Assembly: GCA_002414905.1 (NCBI GenBank)
Contig: DIAY01000107.1
Span: 11,009 to 75,008, forward strand
Length of the DNA: 64,000 nucleotides
Direction of reading: 5' to 3'
Source of the DNA: Holophagales bacterium UBA5066
Lineage (GTDB): Bacteria; Acidobacteriota; Thermoanaerobaculia; UBA5066
This document shows positions 9,203-19,073 of this stretch, piece after piece (the first letter of the stretch is position 1; each line of letters starts with the position of its first letter). The position numbers were made by a program, and so were the translations under genes. A model generated the notes under the pieces. That model was not told the DNA's origin and did not search any database. It saw only the letters and a program-made list of their open reading frames with translations.

Positions 9203-9886
9203 TCAGGAGGTCGTGAGACCGCCCGGCGAAAGCGTCAGGACGGTGCCACAGCGGGAGGCGACGCCAGGATCGTGAGTGACGAGGAGAAGGGCTCCCGCGC
9301 GCTCCCGCGCCGCGCCGAGGAGGAGGTCCAGGACGTCCGCCGCGTGCGCGGCATCGAGGCTCCCCGTCGGTTCATCGCAGAGCAGAAGGCGCGGCCGCCG
9401 GACGACGGCCCTCGCGATGGCGACGCGCTGCCGTTCTCCGCCGGAGAGGATGCGAGGGAGGCTCGCGGCCTGGCGAACGAGGCCGACCTTCGCCAGGAGC
9501 TCCCGCGCCGTCGAGCGGGCGGCGGTGTCCCCGATTCCCGCGAGAAAGAGCGGCAATGCGACATTTTCCTCGGCCGTCAGCTCCGGCAGCAGGTGGTGCA
9601 GCTGGAACACGAACCCGACCGTCTCTCCTCGCCACCTCGCCTTCGGCTCGGGGGAGAGCGACTCCCAGTCGCGCCCGTCGACGACGACACGCCCGGCGTC
9701 CGGGCGATCGAGACCCGCGAGGAGGTGAAGCAGGGTCGACTTGCCACAGCCCGAGGGCCCGACGATCGCGACGGCGTCTCCCGCCTCGAGGGTCAGAGAG
9801 AGACCAGAGAAGAGCTCGAGGCGCGCCTCGCCCTCCCCGAATCCGCGTGCGAGCGATTCGGCGACGAGCAGCGCCTCACCCGGCAC
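9203..9886 (-). CDS. lolD: Lipoprotein-releasing / MacB-type ABC transporter ATP-binding protein
   Basis: 227 aa. Walker A GPSGCGKSTLL, ABC signature [15 protein letters not shown], Walker B LLLCDEPTGSLD. It overlaps the upstream FtsX-type permease gene by 11 nt. Confidence 0.75.
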   Translation of the reverse strand: MPGEALLVAESLARGFGEGEARLELFSGLSLTLEAGDAVAIVGPSGCGKSTLLHLLAGLDRPDAGRVVVDGRDWESLSPEPKARWRGETVGFVFQLHHLLPELTAEENVALPLFLAGIGDTAARSTARELLAKVGLVRQAASLPRILSGGERQRVAIARAVVRRPRLLLCDEPTGSLDAAHAADVLDLLLGAARERAGALLLVTHDPGVASRCGTVLTLSPGGLTTS

Positions 9887-11020
9887 GGAGCGCCTCCGTC
9901 ACGTCGACCCGAGCGGCCATCCGGGCCGGCGCGAGCGAAGAGAGGAACGACCAGGCAAGGGAGAAGGCGCCCACGGCGAGGAGGTCCCTGATGCTCGGCT
10001 TGAAAGGAACGTGCGCAAGCGCGAAGAGCTCGGCCGGCAGCGGGATGGCGTGAGTCACGTCGAGGACGACGGCGAGAAGCGTACCTGCGAGGAGCCCCGC
10101 GAGGGTCCCCACCGCCCCGAGCAGGAGACCGACGAGGAGAAAGACGCGGGAGAGAGCTCCCGGAGAGGCGCCGAGGACCGTCAGGACCGCCGCATCACCC
10201 CGTCGTGTCGCCGCCAGGACCGCCGAGGTCGCAGCGAGATTCAGCCCAGCCACGATGACGACGAGGAAGACCGTTGCGAAGATGGCGATCCTCTCGAGCC
10301 GCAGGGCGAGGAGAAGAGGACGGTTCGCCTCCTGCCACGTCGTCGTCGCGGTGGCCGTCGCGCCGAGCGTCTCCTTCGCCCTGGCGGCGACGTCCGGTGC
10401 CGCTTCCGGGTCCGACAGGCGCAGCTCGAACCCCGTCGCACCTCCCTCCGGAAGGCCGAAGAGCCGCCGGGCGGTCTCGGCCGGCACGACCGCCTCCGGC
10501 TGGCGACGCCCCGTCGACGTGGCACCAACCGCAATGACGGGGAGAGCGACGGTCACCGGAACGGGACCGAGAGGCGAGAGCCGGGTCCGTGAGGAGACGA
10601 TCGAGACGTCCTCCCCCGGGAGGACCGAGAGCTGCCGGGCCTGCGCGGCGTCGAGCCGGATGCCGTCGATTCCCTCCCGGCCCGCGAGGAGCGCCGGAAC
10701 CGCCTGACCGCGCGCCGTGATCCAGCCCCGACCGCGGACGACGGGCGTGACCGAAACCACCCCGGGCAGGGACGCGAGCCTCGTGGCGGCCCCTTCCTCA
10801 GCCGAGAAGTCGGCCCGGCCGGCCGGCGATACGAGCACGTGGGGCGCCTCTTCGGCGAGCCTCGTGAGGACGTGCGTCTGGAAGCCCGAGAGAAGGGCGA
10901 GGGAGACGACGAGCGCCGCCACGCCGAGGACCAGCCCGACGAACGCCGCCGCGGCGACGACCCCGACCTGCGCGTCCCGCCGCGAGGCGAGGAGGTAACG
11001 GCGGGCGAGGAGGAGCTCGA

Positions 11021-11024
<4 letters not shown>
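9876..11024 (-). CDS. Lipoprotein-releasing system permease (LolC/LolE, FtsX family)
   Basis: The FtsX/LolCE architecture is present (TM1, periplasmic domain, three C-terminal TMs). The conserved N-terminal (L)IELLLARRYLLASRRD motif and the start of TM1 lie upstream of the first ATG/GTG/TTG (10922). I therefore extend the gene to CTG 11024, which forms CTGA with the lysS stop. The start is uncertain. Confidence 0.7.
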
Positions 11025-12568
<1,544 letters not shown>

Positions 12569-12577
12569 CGGGCACCG

Positions 12578-12606
12578 ATTCTCCGCGCGCCCTTCCCGGC
12601 GGTCAA
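12578..12606 (-). promoter_or_regulatory. Putative sigma-70-type promoter of lysS (leaderless geometry)
   Basis: The minus strand reads TTGACC (12606-12601), 17 nt, GAGAAT (12583-12578), 9 nt, ATG 12568. There is no SD in between. Confidence 0.5.
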
Positions 12607-12637
12607 ACCACGTCGGGACTGCGGCCGTCCGGAGCGG

Positions 12638-14269
12638 CTATTCCTCTCCCGAGACCCGGGCGTTGTGGAGGAGCCAGAGGCCGGAAAAGGCCCGGAGAAG
12701 GCGGAAACGCGAGCGCGTGAGCTCGTTCAGCCGCTCGGGCGGGCCTTCCGGGCCCGTCGCCTCGAGAGCCTGACGGAAGCGGCGATCGAGGTCCTGAGCC
12801 CTCCCGAGGCACTCGCCCGCCTTCTCGAGCTCGCCGGCGTCGACGGAGCCTCCGGCCGGCGCCTTCAGCCGCGTCGCGATGTCATCCACCAGAAGCCGCA
12901 GGGCAGCTCCTTCGACGTAGAGGCTGTCGTTGACGGCGTCCTCGACGCCCGGATCGGGCTCCTCCGTCTGAATCCGCCGGGCTGCCCGGACTTCCCAGGG
13001 CTCGAGACGGAACCGCGAGAGAGAAGAGCCGTAGGCGGCCTGCCCCGACCCCGCGCCGGCCCTGAGCATCTCCACGGAGTAGAGGATCTTGGAGGCGGTC
13101 TCGCCCAGGAGGCGGTCCGATACGAACGCGGGCAGCGCCCGTTCCGCCTTCGGCGGCTCGGGGGGAGCCGCCGCGGCGTCCCGCGCGGGGAAGTAGCCGC
13201 TGATCGTCTCTCTCGCTTCGGTCAGATCTTCCACTTCCAGCGCCTGCAGGACTTCCGGGAGAGCCTCCCCGGCGGCCTCCCCGCCCACGTCGAGCCTCGT
13301 CATCAGCTGGTCGATCGCCTCTGCGAGGCGCGTGACCTGCCCGTGCCGGATCTCCCCCTCGTTCCGGTTCTTGTCGAACTCGTCCTTGAACTGGCGGAAC
13401 CTCCGGAACTCCTCGCGCAGATCGGTATCCGCGACCTCGGGCCGCCGCGAGAGCTCGCGCTCGATGTCGAGGAGGTGCTGAGACGATTCGAAGATCCGCC
13501 TCTCCTCGTTCCGGTAGAGGGCCTGGAAACGGTTCTTGGCGGCGAGGTTCGCCTCCAGGATGGCCGCGAGGACGTTCTGGTCGTAGTAGGCCGGACCGAG
13601 CCGGTGCTTGACCGTCCGGAGACTGTCGAGGATCTTCTTCTCCGTGAGGTCCTCGAAACGCTCGCACGCGTCGATGTCCTGGCGAAGGAGGCCAAGTGCC
13701 TTCACCGCTGCCGTCAGCTCGGCCGCCGGCGCCGGTGAACGGCGGACGAGCCCGAGGAGCGCCGCGAACAGCTTGGTCAGCTCCTGGGGAAACCGGGGCA
13801 GGAAGCGGCCGTCGTCCAGGGACCGGCGGGCCCCGACGAGCGTGACGAGGAAGTCCATCTTGTCGAGGGCTTCCGGCGAGACCTGCCGCGAGTGGAAGTA
13901 GAAGCGGAGGATCGCCAGCAGGAGCTTTTCGTCCTCCGTCCTCACCTTCTCGAAAAAGCGCCTCACCCAGCTCGCGGCGATCTTCTCGTCGTCGGCCGAG
14001 AGCGCGCGATAAACGATGTCGAGGCGGCCGTCGAGCTGGTTGATCTGGTCGATGACGACCGGCGGGGGCTGGACGTTCAGGATCGTCGTGACGGACTTGA
14101 TCTGGTCGTAGAGCCCCTGGAAGTCGATCTGGTAGCCGGGCGCATCGCCGAAGAAAGTCTTGTGCACCCCCTGGAGGAACTGGTGAAAGGTCCAGAAGGT
14201 CTTGAACTTCTCGGTCAGCCGCGTATAGGCGTCATGAAGGGTCTTCAGATCGACGATCGACGTGCTCAA
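12638..14269 (-). CDS. Hypothetical protein (543 aa, predicted all-helical, no recognisable domain)
   Basis: Long ORF with strong G/C third-position bias. TTG start at 14269 is preceded by a GAGAGG SD (6-nt spacing). It is the first gene of the lysS-lol-clpC-bamA array. I recognise no family motif. Confidence 0.75.
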   Translation of the reverse strand: MSTSIVDLKTLHDAYTRLTEKFKTFWTFHQFLQGVHKTFFGDAPGYQIDFQGLYDQIKSVTTILNVQPPPVVIDQINQLDGRLDIVYRALSADDEKIAASWVRRFFEKVRTEDEKLLLAILRFYFHSRQVSPEALDKMDFLVTLVGARRSLDDGRFLPRFPQELTKLFAALLGLVRRSPAPAAELTAAVKALGLLRQDIDACERFEDLTEKKILDSLRTVKHRLGPAYYDQNVLAAILEANLAAKNRFQALYRNEERRIFESSQHLLDIERELSRRPEVADTDLREEFRRFRQFKDEFDKNRNEGEIRHGQVTRLAEAIDQLMTRLDVGGEAAGEALPEVLQALEVEDLTEARETISGYFPARDAAAAPPEPPKAERALPAFVSDRLLGETASKILYSVEMLRAGAGSGQAAYGSSLSRFRLEPWEVRAARRIQTEEPDPGVEDAVNDSLYVEGAALRLLVDDIATRLKAPAGGSVDAGELEKAGECLGRAQDLDRRFRQALEATGPEGPPERLNELTRSRFRLLRAFSGLWLLHNARVSGEE

Positions 14270-14295
14270 GTTGAACCTCTCGAGGTTGCCCTTGC

Positions 14296-14303
14296 ATTAT
14301 AGT
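14296..14303. promoter_or_regulatory. Shared A/T block ATTATAGT: -10 TATAGT (plus, hpt) and -10 TATAAT (minus, 543-aa ORF)
   Basis: On the plus strand, TATAGT (14298-14303) lies 8 nt before GTG 14312. On the minus strand, TATAAT (14301-14296) lies 26 nt before TTG 14269, with an SD in the leader. The whole divergent gap is 42 bp. Confidence 0.5.
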
Positions 14304-14311
14304 TTCGTCCC

Positions 14312-14830
14312 GTGATTGACCGCACACTCATTTCAGAGGAGCAGATTTCGACCCGGCTGGACGAGCTGGCCAGAGAGATCGACACGGTCTACGCCGGCCG
14401 CGAGATCCTGGCCGTAGGGGTCCTCAAGGGCTCGGTCTTCTTCCTCACCGACCTCCTGAAGCGCCTTTCGACCCCCGTCGCCGTCGATTTCCTGCAGGTG
14501 AGGTCGTACTCGGGGACCGCATCGACGGGGAACTTCGAGCTCGTCCGCGACCTCTCCTCCGACATCTCCGGCCGGGACGTCCTCATCTTCGAAGACATCG
14601 TGGACACCGGCCTGACCCTTCGAAAGCTCCTCGGCCTCCTCGGGACGCGCCAGCCGCGCTCCCTGAAGATCGCTGCGCTGCTCAAGAAAGACCTCCCCGA
14701 GAACGCGGACCTGCCGGTCGACTTCCTCGGTTTCACCATCGGCCCCGAGTTCGTGATCGGCTACGGCCTCGACCTCGACGAGAAATACCGCAATCTGCCC
14801 TACATCGCAGTCTGGAGCCCGGAAAAATGA
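14312..14830 (+). CDS. hpt: Hypoxanthine phosphoribosyltransferase
   Basis: 172 aa. PRPP-binding motif VLIFEDIVDTGLTL and a typical Hpt N-terminus (ISEEQISTRLDELAREI). GTG start. Confidence 0.9.
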   Translation: MIDRTLISEEQISTRLDELAREIDTVYAGREILAVGVLKGSVFFLTDLLKRLSTPVAVDFLQVRSYSGTASTGNFELVRDLSSDISGRDVLIFEDIVDTGLTLRKLLGLLGTRQPRSLKIAALLKKDLPENADLPVDFLGFTIGPEFVIGYGLDLDEKYRNLPYIAVWSPEK

Positions 14831-15219
14831 GCGCACTTCGCACGATCGCCGTCGAAAACGCCCCGAAAGCCATTGGCCCCTATGCCCAGGGGATCGTCGC
14901 CGGGGGATTCCTCTTCACCGCAGGACAGGTCCACTTCGACCCGGTCACGATGAAGCTCGTGTCGGGAACGATTGCCGAGGAGACGAACCGGGTCTTCGAC
15001 AACCTCGAGGCGATCCTCGTGGGGGCCGGCTGCCGGTTCGCCGACGTCGTGAAGACGACCGTCTTCCTGACGGACATGGGGAACTTCGCCGAGATGAATG
15101 GCGCCTACGCGGCGCGCTTCGGCGACCATCGTCCGGCCCGCTCCACCGTTCAGGTCGGGGCGCTCCCGGGAGGCGGCAGGGTCGAGATCGAGCTCGTCGC
15201 GAAGCTTCCGGCCGCCTGA
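14827..15219 (+). CDS. ridA: RidA/YjgF family reactive-intermediate deaminase
   Basis: 130 aa. APKAIGPYAQGIV...FTAGQ...VVKTTVFLTDM...RSTVQVGALP signature. ATGA overlap with the hpt stop. Confidence 0.88.
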   Translation: MSALRTIAVENAPKAIGPYAQGIVAGGFLFTAGQVHFDPVTMKLVSGTIAEETNRVFDNLEAILVGAGCRFADVVKTTVFLTDMGNFAEMNGAYAARFGDHRPARSTVQVGALPGGGRVEIELVAKLPAA

Positions 15220-15238
15220 CGGTGGCCGGGTCCCGCCC

Positions 15239-16291
15239 TCAGCCCGCGGTCGACAGCTCGCGGAACGCCGCGACGCACTTCTCGGCGTCGGTGTCGCCGA
15301 CGTCGGCGTGCGTGACGAGGCGCAGGGAGCTTCCGCCCGCCGCTCCGGCGAGGACGCCCCTCTCTTTCAGCCGGGAGAGCGCCTCCGCAGCCGATCCGAA
15401 GACCCTCGGGTCGAGGTCCGCGATGAGGATGTTCGTAGGAAACGCTCCCGGATCGAGCGAGACGCCGCGAAGCCCCGCGAGGTCCTTCGCAAGCCTCGCG
15501 AGGCGGGCATGGTCTTGCGTGAGCCGTCCCCGTTCCTCTTCCAGCGACACGAGCGCGGCGGCAGCGAGGATTCCCACCTGACGCATCCCGCCCCCGAAGA
15601 GCTTCCGCACACGCCGGGCTTCGGCCACGAACGCCTTCGACCCCGCCACCGCGCTTCCGACCGGCGCGCGCAGGCCTTTCGAGAAGCAAACCATGACCGA
15701 GTCCAGGCCGTGCGCGAGCGAGGCCTCCGTCACCCCGAGGGCCGCGGCCGCGTTCCAGAGCCGCGCGCCGTCCAGATGGATGGCCAGGCCCCGCTTCCGG
15801 GCCAGAACGAGAACCTCTTCGATCGCAGCGCGGGGCAGGACCGTGCCCCCGGCAAAGTTGTGCGTGTTCTCGAGGCAGACGACCGACGTGCGCGGGAGGT
15901 AGTAGACCGATGCCGGGCGGATCCAGGCCTCGATCCCGGCGACGGGCATCCGGCCGAGCGGCCCGGCGACCGGGCGCGGGAGGAGACCGGAGAGAGCAGC
16001 CATCGCCCCCATCTCGTAGTGGAAGACGTGGCTCCGTTCTTCGACGATCACCTCGGTACCGGAGCGTCCGTGGACCCGCAGTGCGATCTGGTTCCCCATC
16101 GATCCGCTCGGCACGAAGAGGGCCGCCTCGAACCCGAGGATCTCGGCGGTCCGTGCTTCGAGACGGGCAATCGTCGGGTCTTCGCCGTAGACGTCGTCGC
16201 CGACCTCGGCCTCGGCCATGGCCTTGCGCATCGCGGGCGTCGGCTGCGTAACGGTATCGGAACGGAAGTCGGAGAGAGGGGCCGTACTCAT
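15239..16291 (-). CDS. ltaE: Low-specificity L-threonine aldolase
   Basis: 350 aa from the internal ATG at 16291. FRSDTVTQPTPAMRKAMAEAEVGDDVYGEDPT...PSGSMGNQIAL matches the beta-eliminating lyase / threonine aldolase family. The longer ORF (to 16381) adds an Arg/Pro-rich, non-protein-like extension. Confidence 0.85.
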   Translation of the reverse strand: MSTAPLSDFRSDTVTQPTPAMRKAMAEAEVGDDVYGEDPTIARLEARTAEILGFEAALFVPSGSMGNQIALRVHGRSGTEVIVEERSHVFHYEMGAMAALSGLLPRPVAGPLGRMPVAGIEAWIRPASVYYLPRTSVVCLENTHNFAGGTVLPRAAIEEVLVLARKRGLAIHLDGARLWNAAAALGVTEASLAHGLDSVMVCFSKGLRAPVGSAVAGSKAFVAEARRVRKLFGGGMRQVGILAAAALVSLEEERGRLTQDHARLARLAKDLAGLRGVSLDPGAFPTNILIADLDPRVFGSAAEALSRLKERGVLAGAAGGSSLRLVTHADVGDTDAEKCVAAFRELSTAG

Positions 16292-16299
16292 CGGAACGG

Positions 16300-16305
16300 A
16301 GTGTA
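16300..16305 (-). promoter_or_regulatory. Putative -10 box TACACT, 8 nt upstream of the ltaE ATG
   Basis: The minus strand reads TACACT-CCGTTCCG-ATG(16291), with no SD. Confidence 0.35.
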
Positions 16306-16344
16306 GGCCCGCTCGTGCACGCCCGTGTGGCAGACTCGCTCGCG

Positions 16345-17004
16345 ATGGGCCTCGTTCTGGTGGAGTCCTTCGCCGTGGCACCTCTCGGGTGCAACTGCGC
16401 CATCGTCGCCGATCCCGCCACCCGGGCAGCGATCGTCCTCGACCCCGGTGGCGAGCCCGACCGGGTCCTGGAGGCCCTTTCGCGGCACGGCCTCACCGCC
16501 GTCGCCATCGTCCACACGCACGCCCACCTCGACCACTGCCTCTCCTCGGCGCGGCTGTCGAAGGAGACGGGGGCCCCGATCCTCATGCACGAAGGTGACC
16601 TCCCGCTGTACGGCGACCTCGCGCGCTGGGGACAGATGTTCGGCGTGACCGTCGAAGCGCCGGGAACGGTCGCTCGCACCCTCGCTCACGGCGACCTCGT
16701 TGCGTGCGGCAGCGGCTCGCTCGAGGTCCTCCACACGCCGGGTCACACACCCGGGAGCATCTGCTTCCGGCTCGAGGGCGAGACTCCCGTCCTCTTCTCG
16801 GGCGACACTCTCTTCCGTCGCTCCGTCGGCAGGACGGACTTTCCCGGAGGCTCGTGGGACGACCTCGTCGCCTCCATCGAAACCCACCTCCTGACGCTCC
16901 CGGGTGACCTGCTCGTCCTCCCGGGACACGGTGAGGAGACGACGATCGGCGAAGAGTCCCGGCTGAACCCGTTCGTGGGCGACCGCGCGCGTCCGCTGGC
17001 CTGA
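16345..17004 (+). CDS. MBL-fold metallo-hydrolase (glyoxalase II-like)
   Basis: About 219 aa from ATG 16345. HTHAHLDH metal motif, then ...VLHTPGHTPGS... and ...GHG... downstream. GTG 16315 is an alternative start. Confidence 0.85.
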   Translation: MGLVLVESFAVAPLGCNCAIVADPATRAAIVLDPGGEPDRVLEALSRHGLTAVAIVHTHAHLDHCLSSARLSKETGAPILMHEGDLPLYGDLARWGQMFGVTVEAPGTVARTLAHGDLVACGSGSLEVLHTPGHTPGSICFRLEGETPVLFSGDTLFRRSVGRTDFPGGSWDDLVASIETHLLTLPGDLLVLPGHGEETTIGEESRLNPFVGDRARPLA

Positions 17005-17017
17005 AGAGGCCGGGCGC

Positions 17018-17059
17018 CTACTCGTACCTCAGCGCCTCGATCGGATCCAGCCGGCTCGC
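17018..17059 (-). pseudogene. 14-codon relic of the 3' end of an FtsX-type permease gene
   Basis: The minus strand encodes ASRLDPIEALRYE*. This is identical in peptide to the last 13 residues of the intact permease 93 bp away (17111-17152). 37/42 nt are identical and all 5 differences are synonymous (including TAG versus TGA). No upstream coding continuation. Confidence 0.7.
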
Positions 17060-17063
17060 GCTC

Positions 17064-17095
17064 CCGGGGGGGCTGGGCTTCGCACGCCCCCCCGG
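17064..17095. terminator. G/C homopolymer hairpin between convergent genes (bidirectional terminator candidate)
   Basis: CCGGGGGGGC (17064-17073), a 12-nt loop, then GCCCCCCCGG (17086-17095). This is a perfect 10-bp stem followed by C8 and TTT. It sits between the MBL gene stop and the macB-permease stop. Confidence 0.5.
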
Positions 17096-17110
17096 CCCCC
17101 CCCTTTCAGA

Positions 17111-18337
17111 TCACTCGTACCGAAGCGCCTCGATCGGATCCAGCCTGCTCGCCTTAAGCGCCGGATAGAAGCCGAACGTCACGCCGATGAGGGCCGAGAA
17201 GAGGAAGGCCAGCGAGACCGCATTCGTGCTCACGAGGACCGGCCAGCCTGCGAACTTTGCAACGGCCTGCTGGATCCCGACGCCGAGGCCGATTCCCACG
17301 ATGCCCCCGGCGAGAGCGAGAACCAGGGCCTCGACGAGGAACTGCGCCCGGATGTCCGCCCCCTTTGCTCCGATCGCCATCCTCACGCCGATCTCGCGCG
17401 TCCTCTCCGTCACCGAGACGAGCATGATGTTCATGATTCCGATCCCGCCGACGAGAAGCGAGACGCCGGCGATCGACCAGAGGAGCACGGCCATCGTGCG
17501 CGCCTGCGCGTCGGCCCTCTCGAGCATCTCGGTCTGCGACCGGATCATGAAGTCGTCCTCCTGGCCGGAGGCTTTGGAAATTTTGTGCCGCTGGCGGAGG
17601 AGGGCGCTGATCTCTTCCTGCGCCCGGGTGACGAGCTCGGGCGAGGAGACGGCGGCCATGATCATCCCGACGGCGGTCGTCCCCATGAGCTTCTTGCGGA
17701 CGGTCTGGTAGGGGGCGATCACCGTGTCGTCCTGGTCCTGCCCCATCATCGAGCCCCCCTTCGACTCGAGGACCCCGACGACGCGGAACGGGATGTTCTT
17801 GATGCGGATCATCTTCCCGATGGGGTCCTCGTCTCCGAAGAGCGTCGTCGCGACGGTCCGGCCGAGGACGCAGACCTTCGCCGCGGCGCGGTTGTCGGCG
17901 TCCGTGAAGAACTGCCCCTCGGCTACGTTCCACGAACGGATCGCCGGCCAGTCGACCTCGCCCCCCTGGATCGAGGTGGACCAGTTCTGGTTCCCGTAGA
18001 CGACCTGGGCCACCGTCCGGATCGAGGCCGAGACGTAAGCGACCGTCCCCACCTCCTGGCGGATCGCGTCCACATCCTGCTCGGAGAGCTTCGAGTTCGA
18101 GCCCCAGCCCGACCGCGCCCCGGAGGAGGTCGTCGTCCCCGGGAAGATCATCAGGAAATTCGTCCCGAGAGACTGCAGCTGCGACTCGGCCTGTACGCGC
18201 GCGCCCTCGCCGATCCCGATCGTGGCGATGACGCAGGCGACGCCGATGATGATGCCGAGCGCCGTGAGGAGCGACCGCATCTTGTTTCGTCCCATGGCGC
18301 GGAAGGCGACCTTCAGGATGCTCGTCGTCTTGGTCAT
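17111..18337 (-). CDS. MacB-type ABC transporter permease (FtsX family with periplasmic domain)
   Basis: 408 aa. N-terminal TM (MRSLLTALGIIIGVACVIA), a large periplasmic domain, three C-terminal TMs with TEREIGVRMAIGA, and an ending of ASRLDPIEALRYE. Confidence 0.88.
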   Translation of the reverse strand: MTKTTSILKVAFRAMGRNKMRSLLTALGIIIGVACVIATIGIGEGARVQAESQLQSLGTNFLMIFPGTTTSSGARSGWGSNSKLSEQDVDAIRQEVGTVAYVSASIRTVAQVVYGNQNWSTSIQGGEVDWPAIRSWNVAEGQFFTDADNRAAAKVCVLGRTVATTLFGDEDPIGKMIRIKNIPFRVVGVLESKGGSMMGQDQDDTVIAPYQTVRKKLMGTTAVGMIMAAVSSPELVTRAQEEISALLRQRHKISKASGQEDDFMIRSQTEMLERADAQARTMAVLLWSIAGVSLLVGGIGIMNIMLVSVTERTREIGVRMAIGAKGADIRAQFLVEALVLALAGGIVGIGLGVGIQQAVAKFAGWPVLVSTNAVSLAFLFSALIGVTFGFYPALKASRLDPIEALRYE

Positions 18338-19071
18338 GTCGTTCCCTTCGCCTTCCGGCGTTTCGCCACGGGCTCGTCCAGAACGAGCCGCCCGTCGCGG
18401 AAGGCGACGACGCGCCGCGCGTACTCCGCGATATCCGGCTCGTGAGTGATCAGGACGACCGTCTTTCCCTCCTCGTTGAGGCTCTGGAAGATCCCCATCA
18501 CCTCGTCGGAGGTCTTCGAGTCGAGATTTCCGGTCGGCTCGTCAGCAAGCATGATCGAGGGGTCGTTCACCAGCGCCCGGGCGATGGCCACGCGCTGCTG
18601 CTGCCCGCCGGAGAGCTGCGCCGGGGTATGGTCCCAACGGTCGGCCAGACCCACCCTCCCGAGGCAGGTCCGCGCCTTCTCGAGCTGCTCGGCGTCGGAG
18701 AGGCTGTGCTTTCTCGAGTAGAGGAGCGGAAGCTCGACGTTCTCGAGGGCCGAGGTCCGCGCGAGGAGGTTGAAGCTCTGGAAGATGAATCCGATCTTGT
18801 CGTTGCGAATCTCGGCGCGGGCGTTCCGGTCGAGCGTCGAGACGTCCACGCCGTCGAGGACGTAGGTCCCCGACGTCGGGCGGTCGAGGCATCCGACGAT
18901 GTTCATGAAGGTCGACTTTCCCGACCCCGAAGGTCCCATCACGGCGAGGAACTCCCCGTGTGCCACGTCGATCGTCACGCCGTCGAGGGCGCGGACTTCC
19001 GTGTCCCCCATGGCGTAGATCCGCGTCAGGTCGCGGATCCGGATGAGCGGCTCGACCCTGCTCGAGGCCAC
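18334..19071 (-). CDS. MacB-type ABC transporter ATP-binding protein
   Basis: 245 aa. [42 protein letters not shown] start. ATGA overlap with the permease start. Confidence 0.9.
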   Translation of the reverse strand: MASSRVEPLIRIRDLTRIYAMGDTEVRALDGVTIDVAHGEFLAVMGPSGSGKSTFMNIVGCLDRPTSGTYVLDGVDVSTLDRNARAEIRNDKIGFIFQSFNLLARTSALENVELPLLYSRKHSLSDAEQLEKARTCLGRVGLADRWDHTPAQLSGGQQQRVAIARALVNDPSIMLADEPTGNLDSKTSDEVMGIFQSLNEEGKTVVLITHEPDIAEYARRVVAFRDGRLVLDEPVAKRRKAKGTT

Positions 19072-19073
19072 GC

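Noticed and set aside
6412-9216. Very long ORFs on the strand opposite to confirmed genes: 1044-2459(+), 6412-9216(+), 11399-13738(+), 23348-24979(+), 25017-27011(+), 39572-42499(+), 43708-46572(-), 51616-55506(+), 57455-59749(-), 62224-63762(-).
   Set aside because: Their translations are Arg/Pro/Gly/Asp-rich and low in information, with no motifs. Each exactly shadows a gene with clear family signatures on the other strand. Stop-codon scarcity in G+C-rich DNA produces such antisense ORFs routinely. Several run straight through intergenic regions and across gene boundaries.
16315-16344. GTG 16315 as the MBL hydrolase start, and CAGACT (16331-16336) as a leaderless -10 box 8 nt before ATG 16345.
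   Set aside because: The hexamer matches the -10 consensus at only three positions. The 10-codon extension from GTG 16315 is not family-like. I therefore left the gene with ATG 16345 and no promoter call.
17064-17103. G7, C7 and C8 homopolymer runs as slipped-strand phase-variation switches.
   Set aside because: They form the two arms and the tail of a perfect hairpin between convergent gene ends. They do not sit in a coding region or in a promoter spacer.
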